Of a stretch of 64,000 bases of DNA, positions 1 to 7,932 are shown piece by piece (the first letter of the stretch is position 1; every line of letters starts with the position of its first letter). The DNA is from Alphaproteobacteria bacterium (lineage in GTDB: Bacteria; Pseudomonadota; Alphaproteobacteria; UBA2966): the NCBI GenBank assembly GCA_964291395.2, contig OZ219856.1:2528001-2592000 (forward strand). The letters run 5' to 3'. A model generated the notes under the pieces. The model did no database searches and was not told the origin of the DNA. It worked only from the letters and a program-made list of their open reading frames with translations. The translations under genes and the position numbers were made by a program.

Positions 1-270
1 ACGAACTCCCAGCCGCGGACCATTTGTGACCGAGGATCTTTGCCATCTCGCAGCCATTTGATCCCGCTTGCACCTGAACCACTTGCGTCAGGCCAAGCAG
101 TGCCCTCTGAAGCCCGGTGGGGTTGACGAGGTATTGAGAGGACTTGCGGCGCTGCATTCCGTCAATTGGCGCGCAACATTCATTCCAACGGGTTGCGTGG
201 CGTCGACCGTCAACGGCGGCTCGATAGTGACGGCAATCCAGCGCGTATGCGGCCCGGCGTTTCGCGAGGC

Positions 271-298
271 CTTGCATCCCCGATTTGGCTGCCTACAT
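271..298 (+). promoter_or_regulatory. RpoH (sigma-32)-type heat-shock promoter
   Basis: CTTG(271-274)-N17-CCTACAT(292-298) matches the alphaproteobacterial RpoH consensus CTTG-N17-CYTATNT with 1 mismatch; about 100 nt upstream of a small heat-shock gene. Confidence 0.65.
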
Positions 299-304
299 GT
301 CCGT

Positions 305-404
305 CAGGCGGCTGCCTCTTCCGGGGCCGTCATGTCGACCTGGCGGGGCCAAACGGCACGTCGCATCGGCCCCGCAGAGATATTGCTTGAAGGAGGATAT
401 CATG
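305..404 (+). ncRNA. ROSE-type RNA thermometer in the hsp20 5' UTR
   Basis: 3' hairpin GATAT-TGCT-TGAA-GGAGG-ATATC (379-401) places the U(U/C)GCU motif opposite the Shine-Dalgarno, directly before ATG 402; 5' boundary approximate. Confidence 0.7.
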
Positions 405-869
405 CCTGCGACCACGTTCGACTTCACCCCCCTGTTCCGCACGTCCGTCGGCTTCGACCGCATGTCGCGCCTGCTCGACTCGGCGGCGCGTCTCGGGGAC
501 AACGCGCTTTCCCACCCGCCCCACGACATCGAGCAGGTGGGCGAGAACAAGTACAGCATCACGATGGCGCTGGCCGGGTACGGCGAGAAGGACCTCGAGC
601 TCACGGTCCACGAGGGTACCCTGACCGTGAAGACCAGGCCCCATGACGCCAGCGGCGGGAAGGACCGCAAGTTCCTTCACCGCGGCATCGGCGGGCGGGC
701 CTTCGAGCGGAAGTTCCAGCTCGCCGAGTACGTCGAGGTCGTCGGCGCGAAGCTCGAGAACGGTTTGCTGCGGGTCGACCTGGAGCGGATCGTGCCCGAG
801 GAGAAGAGGCCGCGCCCGATCGAGATCGGCGGCCCGAAACAGATCGAGGGCAAGGACGTCCAGCCATGA
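402..869 (+). CDS. ibpA: Small heat shock protein Hsp20 (IbpA family)
   Basis: FDFTPLFRTSVGFDRM N-terminus, FLHRGI..RAFERKFQLAEYVEV..AKLENGLL, C-terminal IEI motif; SD AGGAGG. Confidence 0.92.
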   Translation: MPATTFDFTPLFRTSVGFDRMSRLLDSAARLGDNALSHPPHDIEQVGENKYSITMALAGYGEKDLELTVHEGTLTVKTRPHDASGGKDRKFLHRGIGGRAFERKFQLAEYVEVVGAKLENGLLRVDLERIVPEEKRPRPIEIGGPKQIEGKDVQP

Positions 870-1693
870 CCTACAAGGATATCGTCGTACATCTGGATCA
901 GGACGAGGGCTCCGCGGCGCGGCTGGATGCCGCGACCGGGCTGGCCGGGCTCGGCGAGGGCCGGGTGATCGGCGTCTATGTCCGGTCCGCTTCCATCACC
1001 CCCGAATATGCGGCCATCGAAGCTCAGCAGGAACTTCTCTCCATCCTCTCGAAATGGGACGAGAAGCAGGGTGTGCTGGAGACCGAGGCCGAGCGCCTGT
1101 TCAACGACCGGACGGCGCGAGCCGGCACGCCGTCCGAATGGCGCCCCATGCAGGGCGACCCGGTCGACGCCGTCACCGCCTGTGCACGCCATGCCGACAT
1201 CACCATCGTCGGCCAGGCCGGTCCTCATGACGGGGCCGCCGCCGGACTGGCGGACAGTGTCGTGCTCGGGGCGGGCGGACCCGTTCTGGTGTGGCCGCAC
1301 GCCGGTTCTTTCGACGTGAACCCCCGTACCGTCATGCTCGCCTGGAACGGGACCCGCGAGGCAAAACGCGCTCTCGCCGATTCGCTTCCATTGCTGCGGC
1401 AGGCGGGCAAGGTGATCGTCATCGGCATCAACACGGGAGACGGCGAGCACATAGCCGGCGCCGATGCCTGCGCTCACCTGGCGCGGCATGGCGTCAACGC
1501 GGAGCCCCGGCACATCCTGACGTCGCCGGCGGAAAGCGACAGCGCTTCCCTGCTCTCCGCGGTCAGGGAGAGCGGCGCGGGCCTTCTCGTGATGGGCGCC
1601 TACGGCCATCACCGCATGCGGGAGCTGCTGCTGGGCGGCATGACGCGCGATCTGCTGCGCCGCACGACCGTGCCGGTGCTGATGTCCCATTAG
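866..1693 (+). CDS. Universal stress protein (tandem USP domains)
   Basis: YKDIVVHLD start, LAWNGTREAKRAL, LLVMGAYGHHRMRELLLGGMTR; ATGA overlap with hsp20. Confidence 0.92.
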   Translation: MTYKDIVVHLDQDEGSAARLDAATGLAGLGEGRVIGVYVRSASITPEYAAIEAQQELLSILSKWDEKQGVLETEAERLFNDRTARAGTPSEWRPMQGDPVDAVTACARHADITIVGQAGPHDGAAAGLADSVVLGAGGPVLVWPHAGSFDVNPRTVMLAWNGTREAKRALADSLPLLRQAGKVIVIGINTGDGEHIAGADACAHLARHGVNAEPRHILTSPAESDSASLLSAVRESGAGLLVMGAYGHHRMRELLLGGMTRDLLRRTTVPVLMSH

Positions 1694-1705
1694 AAACAGC
1701 TTCCG

Positions 1706-2176
1706 GTGAACGTCATGGCGGATATCTCCTGGAGCCCGGAAATGAGTGTCGGTGTGGATTTGCTCGATTCGGACCATCGGGTCCTGATGAACATCATCAA
1801 TTCCCTCGCGGAAATTGCCCGTGGCCCCCGCACACCCCGGAACGCGGAGCGGATCGGGAAAACGCTCGACACCCTCGTGACTTACACGAAGAGCCATTTC
1901 GGCCGGGAAGAGAAGGTCATGGTCGCGAGCGGCTTTCCCGGGCTCGATGCCCATCACGGAGAACATGAGAACTTTATCCGCGACCTCGGTGAAATGTCGG
2001 AGCGCATCGGGCGTGATGAAGAAGGCGCGGTCGGCGAACTCGCCGCATACCTGAAGAGCTGGTGGGAGCACCACATCCTGATCCAGGACATGGCCTATCG
2101 GCCTTTTGCCGAGAACAGCGAAGCCGCTCAGGCTGCCGCGCGGACCTTCCCGCCGTTGTTCGTCTCCGTGACCTGA
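1706..2176 (+). CDS. Bacteriohemerythrin
   Basis: WSPEMSVGVDLLDSDH, HFGREE, HHGEH, HILIQD di-iron motifs; start may be ATG 1715. Confidence 0.9.
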   Translation: MNVMADISWSPEMSVGVDLLDSDHRVLMNIINSLAEIARGPRTPRNAERIGKTLDTLVTYTKSHFGREEKVMVASGFPGLDAHHGEHENFIRDLGEMSERIGRDEEGAVGELAAYLKSWWEHHILIQDMAYRPFAENSEAAQAAARTFPPLFVSVT

Positions 2177-2225
2177 ACATGAGCGTTCGCTTTCCGAGGT
2201 CCGACCGGAATGTGACTTCCAGCCA

Positions 2226-2427
2226 GGCGCCCTGCTCGACCGCATCACCCACCATGTCCACATCCTGGAGATGAACGCCGAGAGCTACCGGCTCAAGCAG
2301 AGCCGATCGCGACGCCCGCGCCCGTCCAAGTAACCCCCCTTGTCCCCGTGGGCCCACAGGTCCGGCATCCCTCGCGCCTCCCGCAACACCACGCTGCCGG
2401 GAGTCCATTTGGACCCGAGATTCGGCA
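2226..2427 (+). mobile_element. IS21-family remnant: 3' end of istB plus putative right end
   Basis: 2226-2333 reads GALLDRITHHVHILEMNAESYRLKQSR..*, typical of the IstB C-terminus; followed by an IS21-like end finishing in CA at ~2427. Confidence 0.75.
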
Positions 2428-2469
2428 TGTCGAACGGGACAGGCAGGGGATTTCCTCTCACGCGCGGGC

Positions 2470-2584
2470 GGCGGGCGGGCGGCGGCGACCGGAACCCGAA
2501 GCGCAGCTCGGCGACGGTGATGGCGGGTACGTCGCGAGCCACGGCACCGAAGCCGTGGACGCTGTTTTCGTCTTCGCCGCTCAC
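2470..2584 (-). pseudogene. Truncated 5' end of a probable ABC ATP-binding gene
   Basis: GTG overlapping the nnrS stop; VSGEDE..VPAITVAELRFGF then breaks next to the IS21 end. Confidence 0.35.
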
Positions 2585-3774
2585 CGCCGCGCCGCGCCGA
2601 TCAACAGCCGTCCATAAAGCAGCACGAACCCGGCAAAGGCGCTGCACCACGAGAGGCCCGCGAGCGTCCACAACACCATCGCGTGCTCCGGGAGCACGCC
2701 GCCGGCGAGCCTCGCGAGCACCGAGGCGACGACCAGCAGATAGAGCACCACCGTCCCCGGACCCGCCGTCAGCTCCTGCCCGCTGTGGCCAAGCGTCACG
2801 CGGGTCATCACGGCAAGCGTCATGATCCCGATTGCGCCCGCCATCCACAGATGCTGCGCCGGGGCGGGCGCCAAGGTGTCAGGCCACAGGATTGCCCCGC
2901 CCACGCCCAGCATGCCGAGCGGCACGAACGCATATCCCACGTGCAGGATCCAGAGCAGGGGTTCACCGCCGGTATCCTGTCCTCGCCATCGCATGAGCCG
3001 CGCTGCCTGCGCGATGCCCGACGCGAGCAGCAGATATCCTGTCTCCAGCGCATTGGGGATCGCGACCCACACCGTCAGGGCGAGCAGGGTGAGCGCAAGC
3101 GCCAGCCCGTCGAGACGCCCGAACGCCGCCGGCAGAACCTCGCTGTCGCGCGCCGCCAGCCAGTTTCGCGTGAACGCGGGCAGGATGCGCCCGCCGATCA
3201 CGGAGATCATCATGATCGCGGCGGCAAGGCCGATGCGCAGCCCGTAGCCCGACGCCGCGTACGCGTCCTCGGCGGCTTCCCGATGGAACAGCGCGTTGCC
3301 CGCGACGAACACGCCGATCATCGCGGCCACTACGAGGTTGCGCCAGTTCCTGCCGGCGACGATCTCGCGCAGCAAGTAGACGACGAGGACGACGAGGCAG
3401 GAGAGGTCGATCAGCGCCACCGCCGGGGGCGTGAGCCATTCCGACGCCGCGACCGCAATCCGGCCGAGGACCCAGAGCGCGAGCAAGCCTGCCAGGGGCC
3501 ACCCCGTGAGCGGAGGCCGGCCCGTCCAGTTCGGCACGGCGGTGAGCAGGAACCCCGCGAGCACCGCGCCGAGATAACCGAACAGCGCCTCGTGGGCATG
3601 CCAGGACACGGGGTCGAAGGCACTCGGCAGTTCGAGACTTCCGGTGAGCATCGCGAGCCAGTGCGCCATGGAGAGCAGCGCCCACAGCGCCGCGGACAGG
3701 AAGAAGGGCCGGAAGCCGCAGGACAGGAATCCGTGCGTCGAAGCCGCCGCCTTGGATTGGTGTGCGTTCGTCAG
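2581..3774 (-). CDS. nnrS: NnrS family membrane protein
   Basis: FLSCGFRPFFL, WHAHEALFGY, FLLTAVPNWTG, GGRILPAFTRNW, RVTLGHSG; the conserved N-terminus requires a start at CTG 3774. Confidence 0.85.
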   Translation of the reverse strand: MTNAHQSKAAASTHGFLSCGFRPFFLSAALWALLSMAHWLAMLTGSLELPSAFDPVSWHAHEALFGYLGAVLAGFLLTAVPNWTGRPPLTGWPLAGLLALWVLGRIAVAASEWLTPPAVALIDLSCLVVLVVYLLREIVAGRNWRNLVVAAMIGVFVAGNALFHREAAEDAYAASGYGLRIGLAAAIMMISVIGGRILPAFTRNWLAARDSEVLPAAFGRLDGLALALTLLALTVWVAIPNALETGYLLLASGIAQAARLMRWRGQDTGGEPLLWILHVGYAFVPLGMLGVGGAILWPDTLAPAPAQHLWMAGAIGIMTLAVMTRVTLGHSGQELTAGPGTVVLYLLVVASVLARLAGGVLPEHAMVLWTLAGLSWCSAFAGFVLLYGRLLIGAARR

Positions 3775-3789
3775 TCAGCCCGCTCCCGA

Positions 3790-4070
3790 TTCGCCAGCGT
3801 TCCAGCGATTTCATCTGTTCCAGTATTCCTGGAACCGGGGTTTCCTCGTCAAGCACGATCAGTTGGATACGAACCGATCCGCTGCGCGCGGCCGGCCAAT
3901 GGTCGAGCTTCGTCGGGACGTCAGCACACTGCCGGGCGGATAGACGGTTTCCCTCGTCTCGTCGACCTTGCCGCCATCGCCCAGGACATCGCGCCCGGAA
4001 TCACGGTCAGCAGGCGCAGACCGCTCTCGGTGGCATGGGGTGGCACGACCTCGCCCGCGTCGCGCTTCAT
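3790..4070 (-). pseudogene. Frameshifted cupin-domain gene remnant
   Basis: Pieces in different frames: AGEVVPPHATESGLRLLTVIPG / ETVYPPGSVLT / HWPAARSGSVRIQLIVLDEETPVPGI. Confidence 0.5.
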
Positions 4071-4267
4071 GCCGAGATCAGATGTCAATGTTTTCAGACA
4101 CCTGAAGAAGGGGTGCAGAATGCCCCCATCGTCGCGATACCGCGCAGCGTCCTCTCCGCAGTAGTACTATGCCGATGGGGACGAGAGCGGCGAACCCGGT
4201 GTGTTGGCGAGAGGCCCGGCGAGACGGGTTTCACACGGCTGCAAAGACGTACAACGGGAGATGTCCG

Positions 4268-5023
4268 ATGTTCACACGACTGCCTGCTCTTAAGCGGTGG
4301 CTTGCCGTGGGATTGTTCCTGGCGGCGGGTTCGTGGTGCCCGGGCGTGAATGCTGCGGAAGGGTTCCACGCCGCGGTCGCGCTCGAACGGAGTTTCGCCG
4401 ACGTGGACTACGAAAAGTCGGTCGGGTTCGATTCGCCGTTCTCCGCCATGACCGCTCGCGACGACACGCGGGAGCCCGTGGACGCACTCAAGGCAGCCGT
4501 TGGATACCGCCGGCCGGTGTCAGGCCGACTGTACCTCGCCGGCGAGATCGAGGGCGCGTTCTACCTCGACGACGAGACCGGGGGGTTTCTGGAGGGCACC
4601 GGAGAGGGCGACACCGACGTCTGGCCCGGGACGTGGACTCTCGAGAGGCGCCACGCCGTCGGTGTGAATGCGCGTCTGGGGTATATCCCAGATTCGCTGG
4701 AGTTCCTGGGCACGGAGCGTTCGCTTTACCTGTTCGCGGGCACCCGCTGGATCGACGCCGACATCGAGGCGGGGCACCTCAACCGGCGCCTGGGCATCGC
4801 CGGATCGAGACGCGAGGACCGTACTTTGAATCCATGGCTGGTAGGGCTCGGTATCGAGTTCGGCGGCGGCGAAAGCCGTTTCGACTTGCGGCTTACCCAC
4901 GCGGCCTATGACATCGGTTTCGGTTCCAGCGGCAACGCGGCGGACGATCCGAGGATCGGCTACGTTTTCGATTTCCGGGAATGGAGCGTGACCCTGGGTT
5001 ACGTCGTCGCTTTCGGCGACTGA
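4268..5023 (+). CDS. Outer-membrane beta-barrel protein (porin-like)
   Basis: Signal peptide, amphipathic beta-strands (ALKAAVGY, VNARLGY), C-terminal strand WSVTLGYVVAF. Confidence 0.7.
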   Translation: MFTRLPALKRWLAVGLFLAAGSWCPGVNAAEGFHAAVALERSFADVDYEKSVGFDSPFSAMTARDDTREPVDALKAAVGYRRPVSGRLYLAGEIEGAFYLDDETGGFLEGTGEGDTDVWPGTWTLERRHAVGVNARLGYIPDSLEFLGTERSLYLFAGTRWIDADIEAGHLNRRLGIAGSRREDRTLNPWLVGLGIEFGGGESRFDLRLTHAAYDIGFGSSGNAADDPRIGYVFDFREWSVTLGYVVAFGD

Positions 5024-5317
5024 CCCCATCAGTCGTCAGCGGTGCCTCGGTTCGAAATTCGCGTCTTGCGGCTCTCGCGGGAGCCGGCTTTCGACGAGCG
5101 CCATCCCAGACCCGCTCGGAGCTGGTCTACGACCGCATGATCATGCTCGAGGGCCTGCGCGAGGCGAGCAGCGGCAGCACTGCGGTGCCCGCACCGATGG
5201 TGTTGGTGTGTTTCGACGGTTACATGCGTCGCGGCTTCGGCGATGTGGCGGAGGGATTGAAAGCCTATACGGAAGCAATCCACGCAGGGACCGGAACGAA
5301 CGGATAGAAGACTTGCC

Positions 5318-6676
5318 TCACGCCTTCCTGAAGCGCCAGCCGTACATCGTGCGCCCGTAAAAGTTGAACCACTTCCTTGCTTCAGAATCCTGAAACGGAT
5401 AGTCCGCTCCGATCTGTCTCGCCGTAACGAGACCGGACACGAAACAGGTCTCCTGGCTGTTGATCAGAGTGTGGGCGCCGCAATGCCACGTTCGCCTCCT
5501 GCCCTGAACAAAGCGAAACAAATGGATCAGAAGGACCACGTGAAGCACATCGTGCACGATATGCTGAAACCACCACTTCTTGACGATCTTACCTTCGTCG
5601 ATGCGACTGATCGGATTGTAGGTCACCAGGCATGGCTTGTCCGACCGCTTCGCCCAAGGCTGCTGATTGTGCATGATGTAGGTGATTTCGTAGTTGTCAG
5701 GTCTCGCACCGTACTGCTCGATGTGGTTGCTCCGGGTGGCGAGTGGCTCGACATCGTTGTCCGGAAGAACCGAGGCGTCCGAATGAACGACCGTATGGTT
5801 GTGCAGTTCGCTCTCGTAACGTATCGAAGAGAGAAGACAACTCTCCAGGAAGGTCGGTTTATCCAGGATCATCAGCGTTTGATTCGCGTTGCACGAGAAA
5901 ACGACATCATCAAACGTCTCTGTCCTTCCGCTTTCGTCCTCTACGATTACGTCGGATCGACGCCGGTACACTTTTCGAACCGGTCGGCCGAGGTAAATCT
6001 TATCCCGAAAGGCAGCCGACAATTTTTCATAGATCCGCCGCGTGCCTCGGTCCCAGGTCTGCATCGGCGTTGCGGTTTCAATATCAAAGAACTCCAGATA
6101 CCGGGAAAACAGAGACGCGGGCATGTCGAACACGTTCGTGGCCATCAGGAAGTTGACGAACATGGGCTTCAGTATCTTGTACCTGAAATCTCCGGAGAAA
6201 CCGCCGAAGTTGAGAACCGTACCCATGCTGACGTAGTTGAACGGGTTGAGAGCATTTAGCAGTCTGGATCTGGATCGGTTGAGCCGGCCAAACCACTTCA
6301 AACGCCTCAAGAGCTTCTGGAATTTCTCGATTTCCGGCTGCAACTGCCTCCTGATGTCGGAGTCGAAATCGTGAGCATAGACGCCGCCACGATACTTCAC
6401 GCTGTAGCTGAACCTGGTATCGACCAGCTCGATACCATGTTGCTGCATGAACAGAAGAATGTGATGGTATACCGAGGGAATGCACGCGGTGACGGAAATA
6501 TCAAACGGAATCGAGGTGCCGTCGTTTTGCGGCATGTCGGCCGTGACGGCGTTGCCGCCGACCTGAGCCTGCGCTTCGAACAGCCGAAAATCGAATCGAT
6601 CGGGGTGCTGATGCAGCGCCCAGGCCACCCCCAGCCCCGAGACCCCCGCACCGACAATGGCAACCCTTCTCGGCAT
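5318..6676 (-). CDS. FAD-dependent oxidoreductase (amine-oxidase-like)
   Basis: MPRRVAIVGAGVSG Rossmann motif, FEAQAQVGGNA, TWHCGAHT..SQETCFVSG; true start ATG 6676, not 7813. Confidence 0.85.
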   Translation of the reverse strand: MPRRVAIVGAGVSGLGVAWALHQHPDRFDFRLFEAQAQVGGNAVTADMPQNDGTSIPFDISVTACIPSVYHHILLFMQQHGIELVDTRFSYSVKYRGGVYAHDFDSDIRRQLQPEIEKFQKLLRRLKWFGRLNRSRSRLLNALNPFNYVSMGTVLNFGGFSGDFRYKILKPMFVNFLMATNVFDMPASLFSRYLEFFDIETATPMQTWDRGTRRIYEKLSAAFRDKIYLGRPVRKVYRRRSDVIVEDESGRTETFDDVVFSCNANQTLMILDKPTFLESCLLSSIRYESELHNHTVVHSDASVLPDNDVEPLATRSNHIEQYGARPDNYEITYIMHNQQPWAKRSDKPCLVTYNPISRIDEGKIVKKWWFQHIVHDVLHVVLLIHLFRFVQGRRRTWHCGAHTLINSQETCFVSGLVTARQIGADYPFQDSEARKWFNFYGRTMYGWRFRKA

Positions 6677-6937
6677 CTCCACGCCCCGCTTCACCCGAAG
6701 AATGTGATGGTATACCGAGGGTCCGCTACGGAAATATCTACCATCGTTGTCGGACCTGACCTGCCTCGAACGCCACTCCATCGGGCCCGTTGCCATCAGG
6801 CCACCCCCAGCCCCGAGACCCCCGCACCGACAATGGCAACCCTTCTCGGCATCTCCACGCCCCGCTTCACCCATGGTCCCTACTCTACCATCGTCGGCGA
6901 CCTCCTCGAACGCCACTCCATCGGGCCCGTTGCCATC
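6621..6937. repeat. Interleaved direct repeats (76 bp and 34 bp) around the oxidoreductase start
   Basis: 6621-6696 = 6797-6872; 6764-6797 = 6904-6937; also 6454-6478 = 6697-6721. Confidence 0.9.
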
Positions 6938-7057
6938 GGGCGCCGGAATGGGTCGTGCGCCGATACCGCGGCCGGCGCCAACGGGAGCACCCGCCCGCCG
7001 ACGTGCACGGGATACGTCCTGTAGGAATGCGGGCTCGATGCTCCCATATAGACCGGC

Positions 7058-7756
7058 ATGACCAAGCATCGCCTTCTCTGGCTCGTCCTGATCGCGCTCG
7101 GCGTCGGTCTCGTGGTGCTCGTCGTGCATCTGGCATTGCTCGATCCCCGCGGGTCTTTGGGCACAGGCGGCGGGCCTTCTCTGATTTACAACGTCACCTT
7201 GCTCACCATCCTGGTGGCGAGCGCGCTGCTCCATCGGCGTCTCCGGCCCGGACACGTTCTGAGACATCTTGCTATCTGGCTGGCAGCCGGTGCCGTGCTC
7301 GTGCTCGGCTACAGTTACCGTCACGATGCGGCGAGCATCGCGAACCGTTTGATGGCGGAGATCATGCCGTCCCGCGGCGTCGTAGGGGATGGTGAGGTCA
7401 TCTTTCGGGAACGGCGAGGCGGGCACTTCGTCATCGACGCCGAAGTCGACGGTATTTCGATCCAGTTCCTCGTCGATACGGGTGCAAGCGACGTCACCCT
7501 GACCCCACGAGACGCGGAGCGATTGGGCTTCGACCTTGACCGTCTGAACTACGAGCGTGCCTACCGCACGGCGAACGGTTTCGTGAGGGGGGCGCCTGTC
7601 CGCCTGCACCGAATCACCATCGGGAACATCTCCGTCCCGAACGTCGACGCGTCGGTCAGCGCAGCGAAGATGAGCCTCTCTCTGCTCGGCATGAGCTATC
7701 TCTCGCGATTGTCGAGCTTCGAGGTGGCGCGCGGCACCCTGACGTTGCGCCCCTAA
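7058..7756 (+). CDS. Clan AA (retropepsin-like) aspartic protease, TIGR02281-type
   Basis: N-terminal TM helices; GHFVIDAEVDG..FLVDTGAS, TANG, SLLGMSYL. Confidence 0.9.
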   Translation: MTKHRLLWLVLIALGVGLVVLVVHLALLDPRGSLGTGGGPSLIYNVTLLTILVASALLHRRLRPGHVLRHLAIWLAAGAVLVLGYSYRHDAASIANRLMAEIMPSRGVVGDGEVIFRERRGGHFVIDAEVDGISIQFLVDTGASDVTLTPRDAERLGFDLDRLNYERAYRTANGFVRGAPVRLHRITIGNISVPNVDASVSAAKMSLSLLGMSYLSRLSSFEVARGTLTLRP

Positions 7757-7932
7757 TCCCGTTGTGCGGATCGCGTATGAATTGACCGCCGCCCCCCACG
7801 CCCTCAATACCAACCTTCCAACCCCGCCTCAGTGCCGGAAATCTCCGGATATCATCTGGAGTACGCCTTTCACATCGGTCTCCGTGCCCGTGAACACGAC
7901 AGGGCATGAAACGAAGGGCTAAAGTGTCCCGG

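Noticed and set aside
5110-5307. Possible SRPBCC-like C-terminal fragment
   Set aside because: Similarity too weak to support by eye
6621-6937. CRISPR array or DGR template/variable repeat
   Set aside because: No regular repeat-spacer period, the copies are identical without A-specific changes, and there is no cas or intact RT gene
5318-7813. 831-aa ORF as one protein
   Set aside because: The N-terminal part is antisense to the aspartic protease plus the repeat mosaic; the real gene starts at 6676
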